From: Nitrospirota bacterium | GTDB taxonomy: Bacteria > Nitrospirota > JACRHJ01 | Reading direction: 5' to 3' | Assembly: GCA_963733375.1 (NCBI GenBank) | Contig: CAVTDB010000003.1 | Span: 128,001-192,000, forward strand | DNA length: 64,000 bases | Shown here: positions 42,101-52,673 of the stretch, piece by piece | Numbering within the stretch: the first letter of the stretch is position 1 | Layout of the letters: each line of letters starts with the position of its first letter | The notes under the pieces: model-generated | Database searches by the model: none | Told to the model about the DNA's origin: nothing | What the model saw: the letters and a program-made list of their open reading frames with translations, nothing else | Translations under genes and position numbers: made by a program

Positions 42101-44303
42101 AGATTTCAACTTTTTGGATACCATTGCCAGTCACATCCGTAGCAGTTCCTGAAACCGTATAGCTTGCTCCATTGACTACCGCACCATATGAAGGACTGGC
42201 TATCGTTGAGAAAGGCTCTGCCCGAAATTCGATTGCCCCAATATCAACAGCTGAACCTATAATTCTCGGATTACCCTCAAAATCTGTATCCGGTAAATTA
42301 GGTGCAGAATTATTGCCTATATCTATTAATTGCGAAGAACTATTCAGTCTGAGATCTCCAAAAGCGGAATTAATAAATCCTGCATCATAATTAAAATTAT
42401 TCGACTGAGTAAAAGATGTGCCGTTTTCGAGGTAAACCTTCGCAGGGTCGTAATCGTTGTTCTGGAAATACATGGATGGTGCATCATTATCATAATAACC
42501 GATGTCCCCACCATAGGTTGCTGTATTGTTTTCTAAAATATTATTATAGGCATTGATAACAGAAGAGCCTTCGTTTTGATAATACAATCCTCCGCCTGTC
42601 CCATTCGGTGACGTGCAATTATTTTGCGTAATTGTATTGTTGACAAGATTGATGCTGGCTGCGTAGTCGCTGTATATATAGATACCTCCTCCAAAGTTAC
42701 CTGCTGAATTATTGTAAAGCACATTATTCGTCATCAGGACATTCGAAGAATCGTAACTTTCGAGATATATACCACCACCCTCCGAACCTCCTGACGATGT
42801 ATTTCCTGCTATGGTATTTCCATTAAACGTTAATCCAGCACTATCAGAATAAATATGCAAGCCAGCTCCATCATTACTTGAAGAATTCTGGACCACCGTG
42901 TTTCCAGAGAAATCAAAGGTAGCATCCTCGGCACCAATAAAAATGCCTCCGTAATAACCGGAATTTCCATAAATAATATTATTATTTATCGTATAATTGC
43001 CTTTATAGCCATCAATTAAAACACCAGTACTTAAATTCTGAGCGACAATATTATTACTGAAATCAAGACTACCGTTATCTAAAGATATATAAAGCCCAGC
43101 CTCTTGTCCGCTTCCTTTCGTTATTGTCAATCCTTCTACTGTTATCCCAGAATCGGGCGAATCCGACCAACTATAAATATACAAAACATCGCCTTGTCCT
43201 TCCCCATCAAGCACCGTACCTGTGGGATCTTGGGTAGAACATGTAAAATCTCGACTATAACCGCCGATTAAAACCAATTTATATGGTTGCGCTGAAATAT
43301 ATTGGAATGCTTGATTTTGATTTGCCGATACTTTATATATTCCTTGCGCCAATAAAATTAGATTGTTAGTATTATTAGTCTGCGCCTCGGTTAAGGCGGA
43401 TTGCAGTTCCTGGCTGGTGCTTACTTTGTAAACTACACCGCTTTCATTACCAAAACCTGCGCCATTTATATCGCTCTTTGTAGTAAAGCTCCATATTGGC
43501 CCATCGGACTCCACGTTATGGCTGTCTTTTGCCACCACTTTCCAATAATAGGTAGTATGGAATTGATAGTAATCGAGTGTATAGCTCGTTGCCTCGCCGC
43601 TCCAGACCAAAGGTAAATTGTTAGGGTTCGTCCCGCAATATAAAGAGTATTTCGCAGTCGTATCCGAATCTTGCCAGGTCAATGGGGTATATTTAGGGTT
43701 AATTCCAGTTGAATTGTTGAATGGAGAAGTATAAGTAGGTACATTCGGAGGCAGCGATGACATTGTGGTAAAACTCCACACGGGTCCATCTGACTCCGAA
43801 TTTTGGCTGTCTTTCGCAATTACTTGCCAGTAGTAGGTAGTATGGGATTGATAAGAGTTTAGAGTATAACTTGTCGTAGTGCCGCTCCAGACCAAAGACA
43901 GGCTAGATGGAGATGTTCCGGAATATACATAATACGCCACCGTGTCGCCAGTGTCCGGATCTCCGCCCTGCCAGGTCAATGGTGTCTGCGCCGGATTAAT
44001 GCCTGTCGCATTGTTGAATGGAGAAGTATACGTAGGGACGTTCGGGGGCTGATTTACTGGTGCATCCGGCGTTGTTGTGGCCTGCGTAAGACGGTTCCCC
44101 ACATTATCATAGGTGTAATTAGCGGCCGTTGAATTATTGCCGAAGGTAGTTTTTATGAGTTGGTCGGTTACATCGTAGGTGTGGCGGATAACGTCACTGG
44201 CTGTGCCCCAAACGGGAAATGAAACTATCAGGGCCAGAGCGCATATTGAGGCAACTAGTATAATCTTGTGAATTGATCTTGCCAAGGACTGTACAGGGGT
44301 CAT
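39146..44303 (-). CDS. Giant secreted multidomain protein (YD stub, FN3 x2, beta-helix, Ig-like, beta-propeller; frameshift near 40810)
   Basis: YTYDNVGNR; YYWQVIAKD; GGGIY/NNTITQN repeats with DFEGNPR...DIGAIE; VEISTDGGxTW...SRATD; YYTTDGSNP; KYDPNGN..W repeats. Confidence 0.82.
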
Positions 44304-44568
44304 AACGTCCTCTGATTTATTTTTCTCTACAATTTAAACTTACCTCTTTAAGTTCTTATTTATTCTCACTCTAAGTTCAGTTATCCTGTCCAAAAACCTA
44401 TTTAACTCCAGTCTCTTTTCTGATGATCGCTAATTTGTCACGTATCTGTGATGGTAACGTTGATTCATTGATACGGGATTCATTCAGGTTGCGAAGAAAT
44501 TTATCTTATTAGTCATGGTCTTAATGTCCCGAAAGTCAACGTGGCTCTGGCATTGTATGCAAAGGCGT

Positions 44569-44991
44569 TCATTTTCCACCTTTAATCATAGTTACGGTAA
44601 AATAAATAAACAGCAAACCTAACATTAAATTAAGCAGGGCGAAAATAATCCCGCTATAAGGAACCACAGAACCGGATACCAATATTCGAGTCCCGTCATA
44701 AATGAAATATCCGCCCGAGAAAAACATAAGAAATCCACTTAGACCAATATAAAGCAGAAAAAACCATTTTGCTGTTTTGTTATTTTTATAGAACAAGAAT
44801 GCCAATAAACTTAACAGAAAAAATTGGCCCAAAGCGACATATACAAGGTAGGACCTGTAGTCGTGTTTCCCTAAATAATTATTAAAAGCGCTTATAACTC
44901 TCACTAAATAATATGACAATACTACGCAGATGATTACTAATTTGTTTCTAAACAACTCGCGTATTATTAACATTGGTTTCCTCATTTGCAT
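44569..44991 (-). CDS. Four-TM membrane protein, candidate RHS immunity protein
   Basis: Hydrophobic ORF overlapping the RHS stop codon. Confidence 0.6.
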   Translation of the reverse strand: MQMRKPMLIIRELFRNKLVIICVVLSYYLVRVISAFNNYLGKHDYRSYLVYVALGQFFLLSLLAFLFYKNNKTAKWFFLLYIGLSGFLMFFSGGYFIYDGTRILVSGSVVPYSGIIFALLNLMLGLLFIYFTVTMIKGGK

Positions 44992-47900
44992 TTCTTGTTT
45001 ATCTTATCCTCATACTTTTTCAGGGTTTCATTGTAATCGTACCACCATGAATCGTTGAAAGCATCCCATATCCCATAATCTTGGCTTAACTCATACCATT
45101 CATAAGACTTCTGAATGTGCTCTTGGTATTCAGGTGGAGCATTAGGAAAATCAAAATTTTTGAATTTGTCGGCTTCCTTAGATTCTTCTTCTGCTTTCTC
45201 ACAAAACATCTTCCGCATAACATTCCTGAATCCATATGCCATAAAAGGACTAAATAATGGATCTACAACACGTTCGATTATTGTTTTTTCAGCTAAACCC
45301 AAAGGATCAATCCTATTCACAGGGCTGTTGCCTACGAACCCATATAAGTTCAATCCTCCTCTTTCTCTTAATGGGTCTCGTGTCATCCACTTCCCAATTA
45401 TCGGGTTATAAAACCTATACCCGTAGTAATTCGCCCCCAAGCTCGCATAGTAAGGCTTCGTCGAGAACTGATACGGCTGGTCGAGCGTCCCGCTCTTCGA
45501 TACAAGATTTCCAAAGTCGTCGTATTTATATGCCGCAACAACGTTCTGATTGCTGTCAATCACGGCGCTCACATTCCCTTTGCCGTCGTAGAGATAATTA
45601 TAATGCTGCCCGCCCTGAGCCAGTTCTAACAACCCCCCGATACCGCCAGGAGCTTTTGGATTCCAGAAGTAAGAGCGGGACACCGCGTTAGAGCTGTCCC
45701 TCTCCTGCACTACGTTAAAATTGTCATCCCTTATGAAGCGTGTTTCAACGCCATCAATAAATTGTTTTGCAAGCAAACCATCGCCGCTGTAAAAGAACTG
45801 ACAACTATGCTGTACGCTTTGTGAGTCCGTATACGATACAGTGCTCAACCTGTTCTCGGCATCATATGTCGCTGTAGCCGCATACCCGTCAGGCGTAAGC
45901 CAACTGGTCATGTTGCCGTCCGCGTCATAGGTATATGTTCTTGCCGGGTTGGTGGAATTTGTAAGCTGATTAACATTATTGTAGTTGTAATTTACAAGAT
46001 TGTTCGTCAGGCTCATCGGCTGTCCGTTAGTAATCGTCTCCGTGTCACGCATGTCCACGTTCGTTGGCGAATTATAAGTAAAGTCGGCCGCATTTATAAC
46101 TTGCGGTACGCTGTTCATATTAGATACTTCTGTTAGCCTTTGGAGTGGATCATACTGGTAGTTGGTTACGCTCCCATTCGGCCTCGTAAGACTAACAGGA
46201 ATCGGGCTCGGGCTGCCAGTAGAATACGCGGAGGTAAATACACGAGTGCCGCTCGTGATCTTATTTAATCTGCTAATCGTGTCATATCCGTAAGTAATGG
46301 AATCGCCGCCCTGTTGTTGCAGGTTCGCCCTTCTGCCGTTATCATCATACGAGTATGTAAGACTTGGACTGCTATCCCAAGGCGTCTGAACAGTGAGTAG
46401 CTTGGAATTAGCATCATAGCTATAATTCCATGCCCCAATGCCGTCGGTCCGGCTTGTTACGCGGTTATAAGTATCATAGGTGTAGCTAACATTCGGCGTA
46501 GTTTCATCTGAATATGTAATGCCAGTGAGCTTATTATTAGGGTCATATGAATAACTGGCCGTTATGCCCCGTGCATTCTTCTTGCTTATAAGCAGGTCCT
46601 CGCCATCATATACATAGACCTCGCCTTTTCCATCGGCATAAGACTTCCCTACAAGACGGTCGGATGAATCGTAAGAGAACCATGTAACATTGCCATTGGC
46701 ATCAGTCAGCGCCATCATATTACCGTCAGCATCATAGACATATTTGATTATAGTGTTGTCCGGATTTTTAACCTGCGTAAGGTGCTTCGTCGCGTCGTAG
46801 GTGTAATAGGTCGTGCGACCCGACCTGTCGGTATAGCTGTCTATCATTTTGGGGCAGCAGGAAGAATAGGTATATGCCTCCTGCTTTCCATCCGGGTAGG
46901 TTATGCTGGTTATCTGGTCGAGGTCATTATATAAATATGTGAGTATGAGTCCTGTTGTGTCGGTGACAGTTTGGATACGTCCTTTGCTATCATAAGAATA
47001 GCTGTAAAGGACAAGGCCCCCGCGTTCAATTGTGTGAAGCTTGTATTTTGCCGCACCTGTCGGACCGTAATAGGTATAAGTGGTGACGTTGCCAAGAGGG
47101 TTTGTCTTTGACGTTACCTGTCCAAAGCTGTTATATGTATAGCTCGTTTTTTTGCCGAGACGGTCAGTCAAAGAAGTTACATTATGAAAACCATCATAGC
47201 CAAAAGATACGGTTCCGAGACCATTAGAGATACCCGTAAGGTCTACATTATTCCCGGCATAATTCAGGATGGTTGTATTACCTTTGGCGTCTGTTACCGA
47301 AGTCTTATTGCCCATATTGTTATAGGAAAATGAAGTGGTATTACCCTTGGAATCCGTTATGGATGAACGCTCAGTGGTAGCCCAATCATATTGATAAGTG
47401 TTCACCCCGCCGCATTCATAATGCTCGGAATTAATTTCCCCTTTTTCATCTACAAGGACATAGTCGTATAAGGTCTTGGGTACATTGGACATGAAATTGT
47501 TATTTGAGCCATCAGCATATGGAATATAATTATTGGCGCTCACATGCCAACCTTCAATCAAATTTCCATCGTACTGATATTCCTGTTTATTGCCCACAGG
47601 ATTGGTTATAGTAATTCGATAATCCTGATCCATTGTCCCACCGGGCGCGGGATAGTCATTTGAATTATTAGGAATTCCATCCGGAAGTTCAGTATAGAAA
47701 CTCCAGGTTCCTCGCGAATTGCCTATAGAGGAGATATTTATGTTGCTATCGTAAGTCATTGTTGATGTATAACCGCCCATGTCAGTTATGCTTACGAGAT
47801 TTCCGTCGGTATCATATTCAAAAGAAGCGGATCTACCGAATGGGTCGGTTACCTGCTGAACAAGGTTAGCACCCGATTGGTAGGTAAGGGTAGTTACTTG

Positions 47901-49607
47901 ATTTAAGGCATCAGTAATTGTCACAAGCCTTACATTCGAATCGTAACCAAAGTTAAGGCTCTGTCCGTATCGATCTGTTATTTTCGTTAGAAAGGGCTGC
48001 AGAGAGTTCGTTCCGTCGGGAATATTGTATTCATAAACCGTGTCGTCTGGAAAGCGCAAGGTAAAATGATTTTCAGCTATTTTTGTTAAGGTATTGAAAA
48101 CGCCAAACGGACGAATATAGCCCCCGGAACCGTCGGGTGAATAAATATCACGTCTTCCATCCGGCATGAATAAAATCACCTGGCCACCAGTATCTACAAC
48201 AAAATAGCTCCCATAGTTTAACTGCCACTTATTGCCAAAAGGTTCATTTTGGTTTATGGCAGACTGCGAATTATAACTTAGCGTAATTTCAACAGAAGGC
48301 CCAACGGGGCTTTGGTACCACATGGGCGTGTCTTTAACATACATATTCATGTTTATGTTATTAACCCGCCACTTTGGTGAACCGCAGCCGTCGCCGCCAC
48401 CGCTATCACAACAGTCGCCTTCTTCACATTTAGGTGGTCCTAAATCATCTTCGGGCCTAGGTTCTCCACAGCAACCGCCAGTACAGCCCTCCATTTCTGA
48501 TGCAGATAATTTAATGCCTATATTGATGGGGGCATCCTTCGCTTGTAAAATAAGCACGTTCCCGTCCCATTCATTATCAAACTCTTGGGGCGCCTGATGA
48601 AATCTCCTGCCAGCTTGTGGATCAAAAAAGTCAAGACTCTTATCTTTTTTTATCTTATCTAATACCCAATAATGACCACCGTCTCCTGGATTGTGAGATT
48701 TTAACTGTACAATTGAGGGTAAGGGCAATTTGTTCAAGTCATCTTTCGTAATCTTAAGGCCGGCGACGCTATAGCCATATTTCAAAGCGATGTCTTTAAG
48801 TTCCTCCATACTGTAGCCTGAATCCGCAGTTGGTTTCATCATCCGCAGTTCATTTGCCTGTTTCACTTTGCCTTGCTTTTCCATTATGCTCGCCAGAGCA
48901 AGCGTTCCGCAATTCAGCATGGCTCTTTTATGAGCTTTGAAGAGCGACAGTCTATGAATCCAGTGACTGGCGTATGTCCTATCCCTCCAATCATCACTCT
49001 TGATAAGTTTTGTGAAAAGTTTACCGGCCTCGCCAAAGTTATTCTCATAAACCTTTAATACTCCGAGACGGAGCGAAGCTTTATTGACCATTTTCTTCGC
49101 CCCGTCATAAGTATTGTCTTTATCCTTGGTAAGGATTGTAGTGAAATAGGTTTCGGCCTCGCTGTAGCGGCCATTGTATTGAGCGTCGCAACCACAATGC
49201 AGCATGGCTTCCGAAGCCCATGGGCTTCGAGGGTATTCTGTGAGATGCTGCTTTAACAAAGAAGCCGCTTCCTTGTAATTGTGTTTGTTCCATTCCTGCA
49301 TGGCCTTTGCAAAGGACTTGTTAGCCCTGTCTACATCGGCAGCATGCCCTTTGTCTCCAATTGGCTTGATAATATCTTCTGTGGGATAGAGCTGCCCGCC
49401 TAATTGACCAGCTGCCATTATGTCGGTTGCAGTTGGATTTGTGAGGTCAAGGGGTTTTACCGAGTGTTTTACTCTGGGGATTTTAGAATCGGCATATAAA
49501 TAATTTGTATAGGGCGGCGAAAGAAGGAAGAGCAGCGATAAAACAGCTATGACAATAGAAGCTCTAAAAGATAGTTCTCTGCTAAACAATTTCTGCCTCC
49601 TTCGCAA
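44982..49607 (-). CDS. RHS/YD-repeat protein with N-terminal TPR and C39 peptidase-like domains
   Basis: Signal-like N-terminus; TPR; NCGTLAL / GHYWVL / FFDP; YD repeats; core RFYNPIIGKWMTRDP...NLYGFVGNSPVNRIDPLG. Confidence 0.9.
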   Translation of the reverse strand: MRRRQKLFSRELSFRASIVIAVLSLLFLLSPPYTNYLYADSKIPRVKHSVKPLDLTNPTATDIMAAGQLGGQLYPTEDIIKPIGDKGHAADVDRANKSFAKAMQEWNKHNYKEAASLLKQHLTEYPRSPWASEAMLHCGCDAQYNGRYSEAETYFTTILTKDKDNTYDGAKKMVNKASLRLGVLKVYENNFGEAGKLFTKLIKSDDWRDRTYASHWIHRLSLFKAHKRAMLNCGTLALASIMEKQGKVKQANELRMMKPTADSGYSMEELKDIALKYGYSVAGLKITKDDLNKLPLPSIVQLKSHNPGDGGHYWVLDKIKKDKSLDFFDPQAGRRFHQAPQEFDNEWDGNVLILQAKDAPINIGIKLSASEMEGCTGGCCGEPRPEDDLGPPKCEEGDCCDSGGGDGCGSPKWRVNNINMNMYVKDTPMWYQSPVGPSVEITLSYNSQSAINQNEPFGNKWQLNYGSYFVVDTGGQVILFMPDGRRDIYSPDGSGGYIRPFGVFNTLTKIAENHFTLRFPDDTVYEYNIPDGTNSLQPFLTKITDRYGQSLNFGYDSNVRLVTITDALNQVTTLTYQSGANLVQQVTDPFGRSASFEYDTDGNLVSITDMGGYTSTMTYDSNINISSIGNSRGTWSFYTELPDGIPNNSNDYPAPGGTMDQDYRITITNPVGNKQEYQYDGNLIEGWHVSANNYIPYADGSNNNFMSNVPKTLYDYVLVDEKGEINSEHYECGGVNTYQYDWATTERSSITDSKGNTTSFSYNNMGNKTSVTDAKGNTTILNYAGNNVDLTGISNGLGTVSFGYDGFHNVTSLTDRLGKKTSYTYNSFGQVTSKTNPLGNVTTYTYYGPTGAAKYKLHTIERGGLVLYSYSYDSKGRIQTVTDTTGLILTYLYNDLDQITSITYPDGKQEAYTYSSCCPKMIDSYTDRSGRTTYYTYDATKHLTQVKNPDNTIIKYVYDADGNMMALTDANGNVTWFSYDSSDRLVGKSYADGKGEVYVYDGEDLLISKKNARGITASYSYDPNNKLTGITYSDETTPNVSYTYDTYNRVTSRTDGIGAWNYSYDANSKLLTVQTPWDSSPSLTYSYDDNGRRANLQQQGGDSITYGYDTISRLNKITSGTRVFTSAYSTGSPSPIPVSLTRPNGSVTNYQYDPLQRLTEVSNMNSVPQVINAADFTYNSPTNVDMRDTETITNGQPMSLTNNLVNYNYNNVNQLTNSTNPARTYTYDADGNMTSWLTPDGYAATATYDAENRLSTVSYTDSQSVQHSCQFFYSGDGLLAKQFIDGVETRFIRDDNFNVVQERDSSNAVSRSYFWNPKAPGGIGGLLELAQGGQHYNYLYDGKGNVSAVIDSNQNVVAAYKYDDFGNLVSKSGTLDQPYQFSTKPYYASLGANYYGYRFYNPIIGKWMTRDPLRERGGLNLYGFVGNSPVNRIDPLGLAEKTIIERVVDPLFSPFMAYGFRNVMRKMFCEKAEEESKEADKFKNFDFPNAPPEYQEHIQKSYEWYELSQDYGIWDAFNDSWWYDYNETLKKYEDKINKKCK

Positions 49608-49898
49608 AAACTAATAATAAAACTTGATACTTAGATGCTTAAGATTTGAACTCTGTTAAAGCAAGAATATCGGGATTACGTAGGGCTCGGATAGAGCAAA
49701 GGGCTATTAAACAAAAACTATGACAATAGTATAAGCAAAAAACACGCCACATAGATTTGGCAAACTAAAAATTTTATTTAAGTTTATGATATTATTTAAT
49801 AATCTTTTCTCATTTAGATTACCTCAAAAAATGATTTTTTGCGCATTAACGCTCCAATATTATGCATTATCGCTCATTTTTAAGTATATTCTGTCAGA

Positions 49899-50046
49899 TG
49901 TGAGCAGCCCCGCTTGTCGATATTGCAGGTTTATTTCAAAAAACAGTTTGAAGGGGGTGGGTCTATTGGGAGATTATAGTCAGAGAAGAGTTGACAAGCT
50001 CAGGGAAGCGGATGTGCTTTTAGGCAAAGGCGAGACGGTCGGTTAG
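49899..50046 (+). pseudogene. IS3-family orfA remnant
   Basis: KLREADVLLGKGETV resembles IS3/IS407 OrfA; preceded by an IR-like tgtgagcagccccg. Confidence 0.55.
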
Positions 50047-50327
50047 GCGTCGGGTGATTGGTGTCGCTTTAAGGAGTAGAAAAACCTTGAATTTCATTTA
50101 ATCTTCCAAAGTATTAAGAGTAAAGAAACTGAAAAAATTGTATAGATACCGTATATAAGGCAATTCAATTAAGGATTTTGTAAAAGAAAAAGGCTCCGTT
50201 GTAAGGGCCTTCAGATTATGCGGATTCTTTGAAGTAGGTTTTCTATATGGAGCACGGTTCGCCACAGCTTCTATTGGATCGCCTCTTTAATTTTTGACTA
50301 CAAGATAGTTATTGGAGTGAGGATGCC

Positions 50328-50362
50328 AAATGAGAGCCGGCTATTTAGGACGGCTCTCATTT
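50328..50362 (-). terminator. Hairpin downstream of the amylase gene
   Basis: aaatgagagccg...cggctctcattt. Confidence 0.65.
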
Positions 50363-50374
50363 AAAGAGGCCTTA

Positions 50375-52291
50375 TTATAGAACGGGTGCAAAAATCTGTA
50401 TCTCCATAGGTGCAAGGTTTACATCCAGTGCGGCTGTGTCACTCGTGCCCTTCAAATTACCCGGACTGTCATAAAATTTTGCCTGGTTTATTATCCGTGC
50501 CGTAGCCGTACCGGATGTTCCGAGGTTGCTATAGACCAGGGACATCTTCCTCGGCGGCCGATTCAGGTCTAGGTCAAGCAGGATTTGGCCTTGGAAGTTC
50601 TGAGTAGGGCTGGTATTTGCGGCAATCATTATCTCGCGGTTATAAAGTATTCGAGAGAATGCCAACATGCCGCCTTTCCCGAACGAATGACCGAAATCAG
50701 ATCCGTTGCCTGATATTTCTCTGAAATATATCCTTCCATAACGGATGGCGGGCTCGCTCATGCGCAAACGCGCAATGGCCTGTATGTGTACAAACAGGGG
50801 GTTCGTTTGGTCGAATGCGGAAGGCCCTTTGCCCCAGAGCGCTTCACGGACCGATTCCAAGCTCCCATTGGCATCGATAGTCCCCTGTAGCCCTTGCTCC
50901 GTCCCATAGTACAGGCAGGGGACCCCTTGCAGACAAAAAAGCGCCGTTAAACCCAGACTGACCTGCTCTTTGGGAGTAGCTATATTATTAAATCGTCCCG
51001 GCTGATCATGGTTATCCAGGAAACTTACAAAATATTTGCCAGCTTCGCCATGCGAGCTGATAAGTCCTGTCTCCGCCTTTTTTCGGTTCTCAAAAACGGC
51101 GCGAACCTTCTCAACCTCGCAAAGTCCCTTGGCAGCCCAAGGCAAATTATAGAATGTCGGAAAATCAAGGGCCGCGTCGAGTCCGAAACCATCGACAGCG
51201 GAACTATGTCGCCCGATAAACTCATCGATAATGCTTTCCTGGTCGTAGACTTCAGCGAACGTAAAGAAATTCTTTTTGCCTATGCTCAACGCGAATTCTC
51301 TCATAGCGTTGCCAAATGTCTGTATCGCATCCGGGGCCACGTATTTTACGGTATCGAGCCTGAAACCATCAATGTCGTATTTTGCAATCATATTCTGGTA
51401 TATGCGGATAAGGATATTCAGCACAGGACTTCTGCCATATTTGTTGAGTAGGCCCGGTTGCGCGGGCTGTGCCGCGTCGTATTCCACGACGAGCTGGCGC
51501 ATTGTGCCGAAGTCTCCACGCACAAAACCATCGGGCGGAGGAGCATCTGTAAGTTTGTCCCCTCTTCTACGGAAAAATTCCTTTACTTGCAAGTCCGACG
51601 GCCAAACTGCATCGTCAGGAGAGAGCTTAAAACCGGAAGGAATATCATTCAATAAATTCGATTGCGGTTTTCCAGTTCGGTCTATCCACTCTATCGGAGG
51701 CTCCTGTCCAAAAGGGGCATCCATTATCTGCTGGCTTGCAAACTCGTTTACGAGAGAACCATTCAGTACGTAATTAAAAACCTGCGCCGAATGGTTCAGT
51801 ACGATGTCCAGGATTATGTAAATACCCCTTGCATGGGCCTCTTCCACCAATTCATTTAATTCCCGCTCGGCGGTAGCAACGGTGTGGTCGGATGCAAAGC
51901 GCGGGTCCAAATTCAAAAAATCCTGAATGGCATAACCGTAATAGGTGTTACTCCATTTTGCGTTTTTAAGTACCGGGCTCAGCCATATAGCCTTCGCTCC
52001 AAGGTTTTCGATGTAGCCAAGCTGCTCCTTCACGCCTTTAAATGTCCCGCCCTGCCAGCCGTCACATCTTTGGTTCCATGTAAATTGGGGGGGCACATCG
52101 GGATTATTGAAGCGATCCATCATTAAAAAATAGATCCAGCAATCACGCCAATCTTCGGGGGAAGGGAATGGATACGGAATAACTTTACTTACACCATCTA
52201 CAACAATCGTTTTTGTTTTTCCGTTCTTTGCCGCCTCCATTACATCATGTTCAATCTGGATCAATTCCGGACTTAAAATTTCCGTGGCCAT
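50375..52291 (-). CDS. GH13 alpha-amylase family glycoside hydrolase
   Basis: IYFLMMDRF, LDIVLNH, DGFRLDTVKY, FAEVY, FLDNHD, LYYGTEQG. Confidence 0.92.
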   Translation of the reverse strand: MATEILSPELIQIEHDVMEAAKNGKTKTIVVDGVSKVIPYPFPSPEDWRDCWIYFLMMDRFNNPDVPPQFTWNQRCDGWQGGTFKGVKEQLGYIENLGAKAIWLSPVLKNAKWSNTYYGYAIQDFLNLDPRFASDHTVATAERELNELVEEAHARGIYIILDIVLNHSAQVFNYVLNGSLVNEFASQQIMDAPFGQEPPIEWIDRTGKPQSNLLNDIPSGFKLSPDDAVWPSDLQVKEFFRRRGDKLTDAPPPDGFVRGDFGTMRQLVVEYDAAQPAQPGLLNKYGRSPVLNILIRIYQNMIAKYDIDGFRLDTVKYVAPDAIQTFGNAMREFALSIGKKNFFTFAEVYDQESIIDEFIGRHSSAVDGFGLDAALDFPTFYNLPWAAKGLCEVEKVRAVFENRKKAETGLISSHGEAGKYFVSFLDNHDQPGRFNNIATPKEQVSLGLTALFCLQGVPCLYYGTEQGLQGTIDANGSLESVREALWGKGPSAFDQTNPLFVHIQAIARLRMSEPAIRYGRIYFREISGNGSDFGHSFGKGGMLAFSRILYNREIMIAANTSPTQNFQGQILLDLDLNRPPRKMSLVYSNLGTSGTATARIINQAKFYDSPGNLKGTSDTAALDVNLAPMEIQIFAPVL

Positions 52292-52354
52292 ACGATTCCC
52301 TCCATACCTATAGATTTTTTTATATAATTCTCTATGTCGCTCCCTTCCAGCCTA

Positions 52355-52673
52355 TTAAAGAACCGTTACCCTTATCCATATTTCTCTCAAAGGCTGTTTA
52401 TCGTGTTCCCACGGACGTTCGCAATGATAGATGGACTTTTACTATGCCGGGGGCCAAAGCGGTGATGATAAGCAATTGTTCTATACTGTACGAATCCGGA
52501 GCTGCACCTCCGGGCAGCGGGCGGATGGGAGGAGGCAGCGATTCCATAGACACTGCCACAATGCCCACCTCACCCTCAATGTCCTGTTCCCAGCGGTAAC
52601 CAGCACTACCCAAACCGCCAATCTTCAACTGATATTTTTCTCCAGGCCGAAGGCTGATCTCATACGTTTCCAA
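52355..52673 (-). CDS. Chagasin-like (I42) cysteine protease inhibitor (frameshift near 52418)
   Basis: GLGSAGYRW; removing one base yields LRRPWE...IRVTVL-stop. Confidence 0.75.
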
